Shown: positions 30,593 through 41,540 of the stretch, piece by piece
Layout: the number at the start of each line of letters is the position of its first letter
Position numbering within the stretch: the stretch's first letter is position 1
Source: an uncultured Lachnospira sp.
Lineage (GTDB): Bacteria; Bacillota; Clostridia; Lachnospirales; Lachnospiraceae
Reading direction: 5' to 3'
Assembly: GCA_910589305.1 (NCBI GenBank)
Contig: CAJUTV010000004.1
Span: 136,299-200,298 of the forward strand
DNA: 64,000 nucleotides
Program-made: the position numbers and the translations under genes
The notes under the pieces: model-generated
Database searches by the model: none
What the model was told of the DNA's origin: nothing
Seen by the model: only the letters and a program-made list of their open reading frames with translations

Positions 30593-30758
30593 ATAATTTT
30601 GTGAATACGGCACATAATAACATCAAGATAACGTAGATGTTTTCAGGGCAACAAATGCTGTCTTGATAGGTCTATGTTATCAAGACAGCAAGAATGTTGT
30701 CAAATATAGCTTTTGTCAATAAAAGTTAACAAAATGAAACTTTTTAGGAGGTGTTATT

Positions 30759-30965
30759 ATGGCAAACTATTCATCAAACAGTAAAACTAAGGGAGAGGCT
30801 AAGAGCGCATTAGACAAGTTCAAAATGGAAGTAGCTTCTGAGATTGGTGTAAACCTTAAAGAAGGTTATAATGGTGACCTTACAGCTGCTGAAGCTGGTT
30901 CAGTAGGTGGTAATATGGTTAAGAAGATGATTCAAAGACAGGAAGAGCAGATGTCTGGTAAGTAA
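30759..30965 (+). CDS. Alpha/beta-type small acid-soluble spore protein
   Basis: ALDKFKMEVASEIGV..NGDLT..AGSVGGNMVKKMI. Confidence 0.93.
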   Translation: MANYSSNSKTKGEAKSALDKFKMEVASEIGVNLKEGYNGDLTAAEAGSVGGNMVKKMIQRQEEQMSGK

Positions 30966-31005
30966 TTAAAACAATTTAATAACTTATATCTATCTTCAAT
31001 ATGTT

Positions 31006-31036
31006 GGCTGTAGTGCTTTTGCACTACAGCCTTTTT
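31006..31036 (+). terminator. Intrinsic terminator after SASP
   Basis: ggctgtagtgc-tttt-gcactacagcc-ttttt. Confidence 0.85.
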
Positions 31037-31250
31037 GTGCAGTCTTATACAGAGCAAATGTATTATTAAAGTGATATATGGGGTGTATGGCAAGTGAGGG
31101 AAGTAAACATTCCTGTTTGATTTTTTATAAATATATGTTGTCAACAAAGGAATGGGTGTGATATAATGGCAACAGTTGTGCTGTGACATTTGAAGAAAGT
31201 CCAAAACAAAGATAAAAAACGAGTGAATTATATGAAAGGAAAAATTTATA

Positions 31251-32546
31251 ATGAGTTGTAAGGTAGAACAATTAGAAGAAAAAAATATGGTTAAACTTGT
31301 AATAGAAGTTTCAACAGAGACATTTGAGACAGGTTTAAATAAAGCATACAATAAAAATAAGAACAAGATTAATGTGCCAGGTTTTAGAAAAGGTAAAGCT
31401 CCACGTAAAATGATAGAAAAGTTATATGGAGAGAGCTTTTTCTTTGAAGAAGCAGCCAATATGATTATTCCAGATGCTTATGCAGAGGCATTTGAGGAGA
31501 GCGGACTTGATATTGTTTCACAGCCTAAAATTGACGTTGTTCAGCTAGAACAAGGAAAGCCATTTATATTTGAAGCACAAGTTGCCGTAAGACCAGAGGT
31601 TGAATTGGGACAATATAAGGGCGTTGAAATTTCAAAGGTAGATTCTGAAGTTACAGATGCAGATATAGAGGAAGAATTAAAGAAGGTTCAAGAGCAAAAT
31701 TCAAGAATTGTTACAATTGAAGACAGAGCTGTTCAAGATGGGGATATGACCGTTATTGACTTTGAGGGATTTATTGATGGCGTGGCATTTGACGGCGGAA
31801 AAGGTGACAATTATCCTTTGACAATAGGTTCTCATTCTTTTATTGATAATTTTGAGGAGCAGCTTATTGGCATGAATATTGGCGATGAGAAAGAGGTTCA
31901 GGTTACATTTCCAGACAATTATCATGCAGAAAATCTTAAGGGCAAGCCTGCTGTGTTTAAAGTAAAAATCAATGAGATTAAGGAAAAATTACTTCCTGAT
32001 TTAGATGATGATTTTGCAAGTGATGTCTCTGATTTTGACACATTAGATGAGTATAAAGAAGAGTTAAAGAAAACTATTGGTGAGAAAAAAGAGAGCGAAG
32101 CAAAGACAAAGAAGCAAAATGAAGCTGTTGACAAGGCAGTTGAAAATTCAAAAATGGACATTCCAAGCGCAATGATAGATACACAGGTGCAAAGAATGGT
32201 TGAAGATTTTTCACAAAGACTCCAGCAACAAGGACTTACGATTGAGCAATATTTTCAATATACAGGTCTTACACCAGATAAAATTATTGGCGATATGAAG
32301 CCTGAGGCAGAGAGAAGAATTAAAAATAGTCTGGTGCTTACTGCTGTAGCAAAGGCAGAGAACATAGAAATTTCAGATGATGAGTACGAAGAAGAGTTAA
32401 AGAAGATGGCAGAAGCTTATCATATGGAAGTTGATAAGATTAAAGAATTAACTGGAGAAGAGCAGGCTGGACAGATTAAAGAAGATATGAAAATTCAAAA
32501 AGCTGTTGAGCTTATTACAAATGCTGCTGTTGAGAAAGCAGATTAA
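31251..32546 (+). CDS. tig: Trigger factor
   Basis: PGFRKGKAP signature; FKBP domain IDFEGFIDGVAFDGG. Confidence 0.97.
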   Translation: MSCKVEQLEEKNMVKLVIEVSTETFETGLNKAYNKNKNKINVPGFRKGKAPRKMIEKLYGESFFFEEAANMIIPDAYAEAFEESGLDIVSQPKIDVVQLEQGKPFIFEAQVAVRPEVELGQYKGVEISKVDSEVTDADIEEELKKVQEQNSRIVTIEDRAVQDGDMTVIDFEGFIDGVAFDGGKGDNYPLTIGSHSFIDNFEEQLIGMNIGDEKEVQVTFPDNYHAENLKGKPAVFKVKINEIKEKLLPDLDDDFASDVSDFDTLDEYKEELKKTIGEKKESEAKTKKQNEAVDKAVENSKMDIPSAMIDTQVQRMVEDFSQRLQQQGLTIEQYFQYTGLTPDKIIGDMKPEAERRIKNSLVLTAVAKAENIEISDDEYEEELKKMAEAYHMEVDKIKELTGEEQAGQIKEDMKIQKAVELITNAAVEKAD

Positions 32547-32566
32547 TATTGATTGTACGTAGAGGA

Positions 32567-32592
32567 CTTGTGCCTGCATATGCAGGCACAAG
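32567..32592. terminator. Perfect 26-bp palindrome between tig and clpP (terminator or processing hairpin)
   Basis: cttgtgcctgcatatgcaggcacaag. Confidence 0.55.
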
Positions 32593-32667
32593 ATTTCTGT
32601 ATATATTTTGGTAAGTGGTTAATAAATTTATAAAGTAATGGAAATGATGTAGAAATGGAGGATTAGT

Positions 32668-33252
32668 ATGAGTTTAATACCTTATGTTGTTGAGCAAAAT
32701 AGTCGTGGAGAAAGGTCTTATGATATCTATTCAAGATTATTAAAAGACCGGATTGTCTTTTTAGGTGAAGAAGTCAATGATGTATCAGCAAATATTGTTA
32801 TTGCACAGTTACTATTTTTGGAAGCAGAAGACCCATCAAAAGATATTCATATGTATATCAATAGTCCGGGTGGTTCTGTATCAGCAGGTTTTGCCATTTA
32901 TGATACCATGCAGTATATTAAGTGTGATGTGTCAACAATATGTATGGGTATGGCTGCAAGTATGGGAGCCTTTTTGTTAGCCGGCGGCGCAAAAGGAAAG
33001 CGATTGGCATTGCCTAATGCAGAAATTATGATTCATCAGCCTTCAGGCGGTGCTAGAGGACAGGAGACTGAAATTAGAATTGTTGCAGAAAATATCTTAA
33101 AGACACGTAATAAATTAAATGAAATTCTTGCTGCTAACACAGGAAAGTCAATAGAAGAGATTGCGCGTGATACAGAACGAGATAATTATATGACTGCATC
33201 AGAAGCTTTGGAGTATGGATTGATAGATAGCATAGTAGAAAAGAGAGCATAA
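32668..33252 (+). CDS. clpP: Clp protease proteolytic subunit
   Basis: [28 protein letters not shown]. Confidence 0.98.
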   Translation: MSLIPYVVEQNSRGERSYDIYSRLLKDRIVFLGEEVNDVSANIVIAQLLFLEAEDPSKDIHMYINSPGGSVSAGFAIYDTMQYIKCDVSTICMGMAASMGAFLLAGGAKGKRLALPNAEIMIHQPSGGARGQETEIRIVAENILKTRNKLNEILAANTGKSIEEIARDTERDNYMTASEALEYGLIDSIVEKRA

Positions 33253-33271
33253 TATCAGTTAGGAGTAAAGA

Positions 33272-34546
33272 ATGGTTGGAAAGAATATGAATGAAATACT
33301 TAGATGTTCATTCTGTAATAAATCTCAAAATCAAGTAAGAAAGCTTATAGCAGGGCTTGATGGAACATATATTTGTGATAAATGTGTAAGTATATGTGAA
33401 GAAATCCTTGATGAAGAGTTGTATAATGAAGATGATGACGACAGTATATATGGTGACTTAGATTTAGACATCAATTTATTAAAGCCAAAAGAAATAAAAG
33501 AATTTCTTGATGAGTATGTAGTAGGTCAAGACACTGCCAAAAAAGTATTATCCGTAGCTGTTTATAATCATTATAAGAGGATTCTTTCAGGCAGAAAAGT
33601 AGATGTGGAATTACAAAAGAGTAATATATTAATGTTAGGACCTACGGGTTCAGGTAAAACATTTTTGGCTCAAAATCTTGCTAGAATTTTAAATGTGCCA
33701 TTTGCCATTGCCGATGCAACCACTCTTACAGAGGCGGGTTATGTAGGTGAAGATGTAGAAAATATCCTTTTAAAGGTTATTCAATCGGCAGAGTATGATG
33801 TTGAAAAAGCACAGTATGGCATTGTATATATTGATGAGATAGATAAGATAACTAAAAAGTCAGAAAATGTATCAATAACAAGAGATGTATCTGGCGAGGG
33901 TGTTCAGCAGGCATTGCTTAAAATTCTTGAAGGAACGGTTGCTTCTGTTCCGCCACAGGGAGGAAGAAAACATCCGCAACAGGAATTGATACCAATTGAT
34001 ACCACCAATATTTTATTTATTTGCGGCGGAGCATTTGATGGTTTAGAAAAAATTATTGAGTCCAGAATGGATAAAAGTTCTATCGGATTTAATGCACAGA
34101 TTAAAGAAAAAAAGGATGCCAATGTAGGGGAGATGTTTTCTCAAGTACTTCCGCAAGACCTTATTAAATATGGCTTAATACCAGAGTTTGTAGGGCGAGT
34201 TCCTGTTGTTGTCTCTTTGGATTCATTAGATGAAGAGGCGCTTGTGCGTATTTTAAAGGAGCCAAAAAATGCGATTATTAAACAGTATAAAGCATTGTTT
34301 TCACTAGATGAGGTTGACCTCGATTTTACAAATGATGCTATTATTGCTGTTGCAAAAAAGAGTTTTGAACGTAAGACTGGCGCAAGAGGTTTAAGGTCTA
34401 TCTTGGAAAATGTAATGAATGATATTATGTATACCATTCCTTCTGATAATACTATTGCAAAGTGTATTATCACAAAAGAAGCCGTTGAGGGAACAGCAAA
34501 GCCGTTGATTGAGTATAGAACAGATATCGTAGGGAAAGAAGCATAA
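33272..34546 (+). CDS. clpX: Clp protease ATPase subunit ClpX
   Basis: CSFC zinc finger, [25 protein letters not shown]. Confidence 0.97.
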   Translation: MVGKNMNEILRCSFCNKSQNQVRKLIAGLDGTYICDKCVSICEEILDEELYNEDDDDSIYGDLDLDINLLKPKEIKEFLDEYVVGQDTAKKVLSVAVYNHYKRILSGRKVDVELQKSNILMLGPTGSGKTFLAQNLARILNVPFAIADATTLTEAGYVGEDVENILLKVIQSAEYDVEKAQYGIVYIDEIDKITKKSENVSITRDVSGEGVQQALLKILEGTVASVPPQGGRKHPQQELIPIDTTNILFICGGAFDGLEKIIESRMDKSSIGFNAQIKEKKDANVGEMFSQVLPQDLIKYGLIPEFVGRVPVVVSLDSLDEEALVRILKEPKNAIIKQYKALFSLDEVDLDFTNDAIIAVAKKSFERKTGARGLRSILENVMNDIMYTIPSDNTIAKCIITKEAVEGTAKPLIEYRTDIVGKEA

Positions 34547-34614
34547 GATTAAAAATTTTAATTTTCAATCTTATTAGCTGCTCCTAAAAGTTAGTCGCAG
34601 CATGGAGGCTAAAG

Positions 34615-35205
34615 ATGGTTATAAAAAAAGTAAATCTGGATATTGTTATTGGTGTCACAAGTAAGATTCCAGAAACGACCATGATGGAAGTTGCTTTTGC
34701 AGGCAAATCAAATGTAGGAAAATCCTCACTGATTAATGCTTTAATCAATCGAAAATCATATGCAAGGACATCATCACAGCCAGGCAAGACACAAACGATT
34801 AATTATTATAATATTAATGATAGTATGTATCTTGTTGATTTACCAGGTTATGGGTATGCAAATGCCAGTGAAGCTATCAAAGCGAAATGGGGCAAAATGG
34901 TTGAAAAATACTTAAAAAGCTCCCATTCGCTAAAGCAAATTTTTCTTCTTATAGATATTCGGCATAATCCTTCAGCAAATGATGTAATGATGTATCAATG
35001 GATTATAAGCAATGGATATCGACCAGTTATTATTGCCACAAAGATGGATAAGCTGAAAAGAAGCCAGATTGATAAGCATGTGAAAGAGATTAAAATAGGG
35101 CTTGGTATGGAAAAAGATGATTTGCTTATCCCTGTTTCATCAGAGACAAAGCAAAACATCGATAAAATATGGGAATATGTTGAAACATTGAATGTATCAG
35201 AATAA
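34615..35205 (+). CDS. engB: Ribosome biogenesis GTPase YsxC/EngB
   Basis: GKSNVGKSS, PGKT, DLPGYGY, TKMD. Confidence 0.95.
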   Translation: MVIKKVNLDIVIGVTSKIPETTMMEVAFAGKSNVGKSSLINALINRKSYARTSSQPGKTQTINYYNINDSMYLVDLPGYGYANASEAIKAKWGKMVEKYLKSSHSLKQIFLLIDIRHNPSANDVMMYQWIISNGYRPVIIATKMDKLKRSQIDKHVKEIKIGLGMEKDDLLIPVSSETKQNIDKIWEYVETLNVSE

Positions 35206-35215
35206 CAAAGAATCA

Positions 35216-35734
35216 TTATTTTATTTGCATCAAATGTTTCATAACAAATTCGTATATATCAGCACTTGAATTTTTCCAATTTGCACACATAACATCGGCT
35301 TGATGTTCAAGAGGAACGCTAATATTTAGTTCAATTAAATTGGTATTACCTTCTTTTACCATACAATGGACGATATAATCACCGTCTGTTGTCCGATGGT
35401 AATCGGAGGTTGTGCCAATTTCTTTTTTTAATTCATAGTGATGTTCCACTAAGTAAGAATTGATATCTTCTTTTACTTCAATTGATAATTTATTTGAAAA
35501 AAAGGTTATTGTTTCCATCGCTTCATCCGTTAATACATACTGTGTGCTGTTTCTATGTATCATTTCACGGATAAAGTTATCAGCAAGTAAAGAGTTAATA
35601 GCTTCTTGTATGGTGAAATAAGTCGTATATTGTTTTTCCAAAAAAAAGTTTGTTATTTGTGTATTTGATAATGGAAAACTGACTTTATTTAACATGTAAA
35701 GAATCATAAGTTTGTAAAGAGTTTTCGTATCCAT
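35216..35734 (-). CDS. DUF4364 family protein
   Basis: LYKLMILYML..PLSNTQI..YF winged-helix-like N-terminus typical of clostridial DUF4364. Confidence 0.75.
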   Translation of the reverse strand: MDTKTLYKLMILYMLNKVSFPLSNTQITNFFLEKQYTTYFTIQEAINSLLADNFIREMIHRNSTQYVLTDEAMETITFFSNKLSIEVKEDINSYLVEHHYELKKEIGTTSDYHRTTDGDYIVHCMVKEGNTNLIELNISVPLEHQADVMCANWKNSSADIYEFVMKHLMQIK

Positions 35735-35784
35735 ATCGTAGTATATTTTTCCTTATATGATGTGATTAATATTTGTCGAAACAT

Positions 35785-36936
35785 TTAATTGATATGTTCC
35801 ATGACTGCTTTGCTTACCACATCTGCCACGCGTGGGTCAAATGCTTCAGGCAAAATATTTGTATCACTGAGTTCATCATCGGACAGTAAGCCAGCAATAG
35901 CAGTTGCTGCGGCAAGCTTCATTTCTTCTGTAATCTGTTTTGCATGTCCTTCTAATGCACCTTTGAATATTCCTGGAAATGCAATCACATTATTTACTTG
36001 ATTTGGAAAATCAGAGCGTCCTGTTCCAACAATTCTTGCGCCGGCAGCTTTTGCAACATCAGGCATAATTTCAGGTACAGGATTAGCCATTGCAAAAAGA
36101 ATAGCATCTTGATTCATTGTAGAAACCATTTCAGATGTAACAATATTAGGGGCAGATACACCGACAAAGATATCGGCACCAACAAGTGCATCAGCAAGGG
36201 AACCCGTCTTATTTTCAAGGTTGGTCAAATCCATCATCGTCTCTTGCATCCAGTTTAAACCTTCACTATTTTTAGAAAGGATACCCATCTTATCACACAT
36301 CGTAATATGTTTAAATCCATAGGAAAGAAGCAGTTTTGTTATGGCAATGCCAGCAGAACCTGCACCATTGACAACAACTTTACAATCTTCTTTACACTTT
36401 TTAGTCACTTTAAGACTGTTGATTATTCCTGCTAAAACAACAATAGCAGTGCCATGCTGGTCATCGTGGAAAACAGGAATATCTAACATCGTTTTTAAGC
36501 GTTCTTCAATTTCAAAACATCTTGGTGCAGATATATCTTCCAGATTAATTCCACCAAAAGCAGGTGCAATATGTACAATGGTTTTGATAATTTCTTCTGT
36601 GTCTTGTGTGTCAAGACAAATTGGTACAGCATTGACGCCGCCAAAGGATTTAAAAAGAACGGATTTTCCTTCCATCACAGGCATAGCGGCATAGGCACCA
36701 ATATTTCCAAGACCAAGTACAGCACTTCCATCCGACACAACAGCAATAGTGTTTGATTTAATGGTATATTTATAAGCAGCTGATTTATCTTGGGCAATTA
36801 TTTTACAAGGTTCTGCAACACCTGGTGTATAAGCAAGTGCCAAGTCCTGTCTTGTAGCAATAGTCATTTTAGGTGTAGTCTCAAATTTTCCATTCCATTC
36901 TTCATGGAGTGCAATAGCTTTTTCTGCATTTGTCAT
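35785..36936 (-). CDS. NAD(P)-dependent malic enzyme
   Basis: AYTPGVA, MPVMEGK, NLEDI, FHDDQHGTA, GAGSAG, MANP, TGRSDFPNQVNN. Confidence 0.95.
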   Translation of the reverse strand: MTNAEKAIALHEEWNGKFETTPKMTIATRQDLALAYTPGVAEPCKIIAQDKSAAYKYTIKSNTIAVVSDGSAVLGLGNIGAYAAMPVMEGKSVLFKSFGGVNAVPICLDTQDTEEIIKTIVHIAPAFGGINLEDISAPRCFEIEERLKTMLDIPVFHDDQHGTAIVVLAGIINSLKVTKKCKEDCKVVVNGAGSAGIAITKLLLSYGFKHITMCDKMGILSKNSEGLNWMQETMMDLTNLENKTGSLADALVGADIFVGVSAPNIVTSEMVSTMNQDAILFAMANPVPEIMPDVAKAAGARIVGTGRSDFPNQVNNVIAFPGIFKGALEGHAKQITEEMKLAAATAIAGLLSDDELSDTNILPEAFDPRVADVVSKAVMEHIN

Positions 36937-37239
36937 AATAGTTGATTTCCTTTCAATGTAAACTTTTATAATAGTATAAATTTTAACATAAAAAATTGCG
37001 CTTTGGCTACTTATTATAGCACAGCTGTAGAAAAAAATCTATTTGAATTTTGGACAAAATGGTGTATAATAAATTTGATTCCACGAGGGTGGTGGATTTA
37101 ATTCTTAATACGAGTTCAGTATGATATCCCTTAATTATTTTAAAATTTAAGATTTATAAAACAGAAAAATAGCTAAACAAGATTTAGTCAGCAAGTTTGT
37201 GCTTATGGTTTGCAGGTTGAGTAAGAATGGAGGACTTTT

Positions 37240-38670
37240 ATGAGAGAAAAGCTAGAAACATTATCGCTTGTTGTTTTACGAGAGTTTGCAAAAGATAAAA
37301 AGTTAAAAAATATTTCTTCAATGAGAAAGGCTGAATTAATTGATGCATTAATTGCCGTATCGGAGCAGGAAAAGCAAGAGGAGGAAGAGGCAGATAAACA
37401 GCATGAAATAAAAGAAGAAAAGGCAGTTGAGAATGAGAAGGAAAAGAAAGTTGTTAAGAGTGAGACAAAGGTGAATGGCGGCGAAAAAAGTGAACAGGGA
37501 ATCCAAACTCAACAGGCATTAGGCTATTCTCATCAACAGGCAGCAGTACAAGAGATTGCAAATGGAATACTGGAAGTTATGTCAGAGGGATATGGATTTA
37601 TACGTTGTGAAAATTTTTTGCCTGGTGATAATGATGTATATGTATCACCATCACAAATAAGGAAGTTTAATCTTAAAACAGGGGATTTTATAAAAGGACC
37701 AAAAAGACCAAAAAATCAAGGAGAGAAATTTTCGGCATTGATGTATCTTGAATCAGTAAGTGGCATGAGTCCTGCTGAGGCGACTAAAAGACCATCATTT
37801 GAAAGCCTTACACCAATATTTCCTAATGAGAGAATACATATAGAAAAAAATAGCAGCACAGTTGCTATGAGAGTTGTTGATTTGATTTGTCCAATTGGAA
37901 AAGGACAAAGAGGTATGATTGTATCACAGCCAAAGTCTGGAAAAACTACACTTTTAAAGCAAATAGCCAACGCAATTACAAAGAACAATCCAGAGATGCA
38001 TTTGATGATACTGCTTATAGACGAGCGACCAGAGGAAGTAACAGATATAAAAGAATCCATTATTGGTGATAATGTGGAAGTGATTTATTCAACGTTTGAC
38101 GAATTGCCAGAACGGCATAAAAGAGTGTCTGAGATGGTTATTGAGCGCGCTAAAAGGCTGGTAGAAAATAAAAAAGATGTCATTATACTTTTAGATAGCA
38201 TAACAAGACTAGCAAGAGCCTATAATCTTACAGTTCAGGCTAGCGGAAGGACGCTTTCAGGCGGTTTAGACCCCGCAGCACTTCATATGCCTAAGCGGTT
38301 TTTTGGTGCTGCCAGAAATATGCGTGAAGGCGGAAGTCTTACCATACTTGCCACTGCATTGGTTGAGACAGGCAGTAAGATGGATGATGTGGTGTTTGAA
38401 GAGTTTAAGGGAACAGGAAATATGGAGTTGGTATTAGATAGGAAGCTTTCGGAAAAAAGAGTGTTTCCAGCCATCAATGTTGCGAAATCAGGAACAAGAA
38501 GAGATGATTTGCTTTTAAATAAAGATGAAAAACAAGCAGTTGATATTATTCATAAAGCACTGAGCGGTTTAAAGGCAGATGAGGCAGCAGAGAGGGTGCT
38601 TGATTTATTTAGCAAAACCCATAATAATAATGAGTTTGTGCAAATTGTATGCAAAAATAAACATATATAG
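37240..38670 (+). CDS. rho: Transcription termination factor Rho
   Basis: [54 protein letters not shown]. Confidence 0.97.
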   Translation: MREKLETLSLVVLREFAKDKKLKNISSMRKAELIDALIAVSEQEKQEEEEADKQHEIKEEKAVENEKEKKVVKSETKVNGGEKSEQGIQTQQALGYSHQQAAVQEIANGILEVMSEGYGFIRCENFLPGDNDVYVSPSQIRKFNLKTGDFIKGPKRPKNQGEKFSALMYLESVSGMSPAEATKRPSFESLTPIFPNERIHIEKNSSTVAMRVVDLICPIGKGQRGMIVSQPKSGKTTLLKQIANAITKNNPEMHLMILLIDERPEEVTDIKESIIGDNVEVIYSTFDELPERHKRVSEMVIERAKRLVENKKDVIILLDSITRLARAYNLTVQASGRTLSGGLDPAALHMPKRFFGAARNMREGGSLTILATALVETGSKMDDVVFEEFKGTGNMELVLDRKLSEKRVFPAINVAKSGTRRDDLLLNKDEKQAVDIIHKALSGLKADEAAERVLDLFSKTHNNNEFVQIVCKNKHI

Positions 38671-38871
38671 TAAGTGTGATGAAATATATATATTTTTGCA
38701 TAAATTTTCCGTTATTTCAAGTTGATACAAACATTTATTAAAAAGATGATTGTTTTTAAAACAATTTAAAAAAGTCTTGCATATGAATATAACATATGAT
38801 AAAATACTAACGTTGCTTATTGAAGACAAAGATTACTGAATAAATAAATAATTGTTAAAGAGGTGAAAATC

Positions 38872-39078
38872 ATGAGAGAAGGAATCCATCCAGAGTACTA
38901 TCAGGCAAAAGTTGTTTGTAACTGTGGCAATGAATTTGTGACAGGTTCAACAAAGGAAGAAATCCATGTAGAGATTTGTTCTAAATGCCACCCTTTCTAT
39001 ACAGGACAACAAAAGGCAACAACTGCTCGCGGTCGTATTGATAAGTTTAACAGAAAGTATGGTGTTAAGAATAATTAA
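38872..39078 (+). CDS. rpmE: 50S ribosomal protein L31 (Zn-binding type)
   Basis: [20 protein letters not shown]. Confidence 0.97.
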   Translation: MREGIHPEYYQAKVVCNCGNEFVTGSTKEEIHVEICSKCHPFYTGQQKATTARGRIDKFNRKYGVKNN

Positions 39079-39087
39079 TGCCTATTT

Positions 39088-39119
39088 AAGATTGAGGTCA
39101 TGCAAGGTCTCAATCTTTT
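39088..39119 (+). terminator. Intrinsic terminator after rpmE
   Basis: aagattgag...ctcaatctt plus T run. Confidence 0.6.
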
Positions 39120-39243
39120 ATTAAATAAGGATGCCGCGCATTTGCGTGGCATCTGTTGTTTTATTTACTTATAGAAAATGGTGTCATTAGGCATAAGAAT
39201 AAGCAAACTTGCAACTTTTTAGTGGCAAGAACGGGGGATTAAT

Positions 39244-40638
39244 ATGAAAAATTCTGGAATTGGAGGGCAGGCTGTACTAGAAGGCATTATGATGCGCAAT
39301 AAGGATAAATATGCAATTGCTGTACGAAAGCCCGACAAAGAAATAGAACTTGTTGTAAAAGACAGTAAAATGTTGACCGATAAATATAAATGGCTAAATT
39401 ATCCTATTATTAGAGGTGTATTTAATTTTATTGATTCAATGGTGACAGGAATATCAACAATTACATACTCTGCCTCATTTTATGATGACCCTGCCGAACA
39501 GAAAAAAACAAAGGCAGATGAGATTGGCAGAGCAGTGTTTAAAGATAAATTAGAATCGATACTGATGGCTGTAACCGTGATTGTGTCGGTTTTATTAGCA
39601 GTGGGATTGTTTATGATATTGCCATATTTTGTGTCAAGGTTATTAAAAAATGTAATTTCTTCCCAGATATTATTAAATTTTATTGAAGGTTTGGTAAGAG
39701 TTCTTATATTTTTATTATATATGGTTGCTATATCGCAAATGAACGATATTAAAAGAACATATATGTATCATGGAGCAGAGCATAAGTGTATAAATTGTAT
39801 AGAAAATGGAGCAAGATTAACAGTAGAAAATGTTATGAACAGTTCGCGTTTGCATAAGCGCTGTGGTACTAGTTTTATGTTTCTGGTTATGTTTATCAGC
39901 ATTGTTTTTTTTATCTTTATAAGGGTTGATAATACAATATTGCAGGTTGTTATTAGAGTATTTATGATTCCAGTTATAGCAGGCGTTTCTTATGAGATAT
40001 TAAAATGGGCTGGAAAAAATGATAATGCGTTTGTAAATATTGTCAGCAAGCCAGGTATGCTGCTTCAAAAACTTACGACAAAAGAGCCCGATGCCGATAT
40101 GGTTGAGGTTGCTATAAAAGCGGTTGAGGCTGTTTTTGACTGGCAACAATTTCTTGATGAATATTATGAGAATGAAACGGATAAAGAAGCTGCAATACAG
40201 GCTGTTGAAGAGGCATTAAAACAAAAGGCACAAATGCTTGATATTAAAATTTCTAAAAATAGCAATGTGGTTGTTAATTCTGCTGATAAGTTAAATAAAG
40301 AGATAAATATAAAAGAGCAGGATATGGATACAGATACTTCTGTATATGCTAATGAAATAGAACATGATGTAGAAGCGTTTGAATTTGAAGGTCATGCAGA
40401 TATTGAGTTTGAGGATTTAGACAATGATTTATCACATGGTTTGTCACAAAATCAGGAAGGTTCTGAATCATTGGAAAAGGATATCGAAGTGGACAGTCTT
40501 TATAATGAACAAGAAGATGATAATGAATCTGAAGATGTGTTTGAGGGAATTGAATTTGAGGAACCACAACCAGAAGCGATTGATGAATTAGTTGCAGATG
40601 AAGTTCCTCTTTTTAAAGAGAGAAAAACAGATAAATAA
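39244..40638 (+). CDS. DUF1385 domain protein with long acidic C-terminal tail
   Basis: GGQAVLEGIMM, YHGAEHK, HKRCGTSF, LTTKEP; position between rpmE and prmC. Confidence 0.88.
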   Translation: MKNSGIGGQAVLEGIMMRNKDKYAIAVRKPDKEIELVVKDSKMLTDKYKWLNYPIIRGVFNFIDSMVTGISTITYSASFYDDPAEQKKTKADEIGRAVFKDKLESILMAVTVIVSVLLAVGLFMILPYFVSRLLKNVISSQILLNFIEGLVRVLIFLLYMVAISQMNDIKRTYMYHGAEHKCINCIENGARLTVENVMNSSRLHKRCGTSFMFLVMFISIVFFIFIRVDNTILQVVIRVFMIPVIAGVSYEILKWAGKNDNAFVNIVSKPGMLLQKLTTKEPDADMVEVAIKAVEAVFDWQQFLDEYYENETDKEAAIQAVEEALKQKAQMLDIKISKNSNVVVNSADKLNKEINIKEQDMDTDTSVYANEIEHDVEAFEFEGHADIEFEDLDNDLSHGLSQNQEGSESLEKDIEVDSLYNEQEDDNESEDVFEGIEFEEPQPEAIDELVADEVPLFKERKTDK

Positions 40639-40642
40639 TTGT

Positions 40643-41518
40643 ATGAGTAATATATCTTATAGAGAGGCAGTTTTGGAAGCTGCTGACAGATTAAAAAAAT
40701 GTGGCGTGGATAATCCCCAATACGACAGTCAAGAATTGTTGATGAGCGTGGCAAATATGGATAGGACGGCGTATTTGCTGCACGCTAAAGAGAATATGAA
40801 TGATACGCTGTATGCTGCGTTTGAAAAATTAGTAAAACGGCGGGCAAATAGAGAGCCGTTGCAGCATATTTTAGGTTATACTTATTTTTGGGGGCGAAAA
40901 TATCAGGTTAATAAAAATGTACTTATTCCTAGACAAGATACAGAAATACTTGTAGAAAAAGCATTGGAGCATATAGGCACAGGTGACAGTGTATTAGATA
41001 TGTGTACAGGTTCAGGCTGTATTATTATTACACTTGCCTGTGAAAGAAAGTTATCAAGAGCAGTTGGTGTAGATGTATCAAAAAAGGCACTTGAGGTAGC
41101 AAAAGAAAATGCAGACAATCTCTTGGCAGATGTTGAATGGATACAAAGTGATTTATTTCAGCAGATGAATAGGTCTATTGAAACAAAGATTCAAACGAAT
41201 ATTTTATATGATATGATTGTTTCTAATCCACCCTATATTGAGCAAAGTATAATTGATACATTAAGTGATGAAGTGCGGCGGTTTGACCCATTAATAGCAT
41301 TAGATGGCGGTGAGGATGGACTTTTATTTTATCGAAAAATCACAGAACAATCTGTAAATTATCTAAAACCAGGCGGCTGGCTGCTCTATGAAGTAGGAAG
41401 CAATCAAGCAGGGCAGGTAAAAGACATAATGTCTGCCAACGGTTATGAGGATATATGTATTGTTAAGGATTTAGCTGGTTTATGCAGAGTTGTAATGGGA
41501 AGACTTCAAGGTAAGTAA
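40643..41518 (+). CDS. prmC: Release factor glutamine methyltransferase
   Basis: EPLQHILG, VLIPRQDTE, DMCTGSG, SNPPY, ALDGG. Confidence 0.95.
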   Translation: MSNISYREAVLEAADRLKKCGVDNPQYDSQELLMSVANMDRTAYLLHAKENMNDTLYAAFEKLVKRRANREPLQHILGYTYFWGRKYQVNKNVLIPRQDTEILVEKALEHIGTGDSVLDMCTGSGCIIITLACERKLSRAVGVDVSKKALEVAKENADNLLADVEWIQSDLFQQMNRSIETKIQTNILYDMIVSNPPYIEQSIIDTLSDEVRRFDPLIALDGGEDGLLFYRKITEQSVNYLKPGGWLLYEVGSNQAGQVKDIMSANGYEDICIVKDLAGLCRVVMGRLQGK

Positions 41519-41540
41519 GAAGAAAGGTGTGTAATTATCA

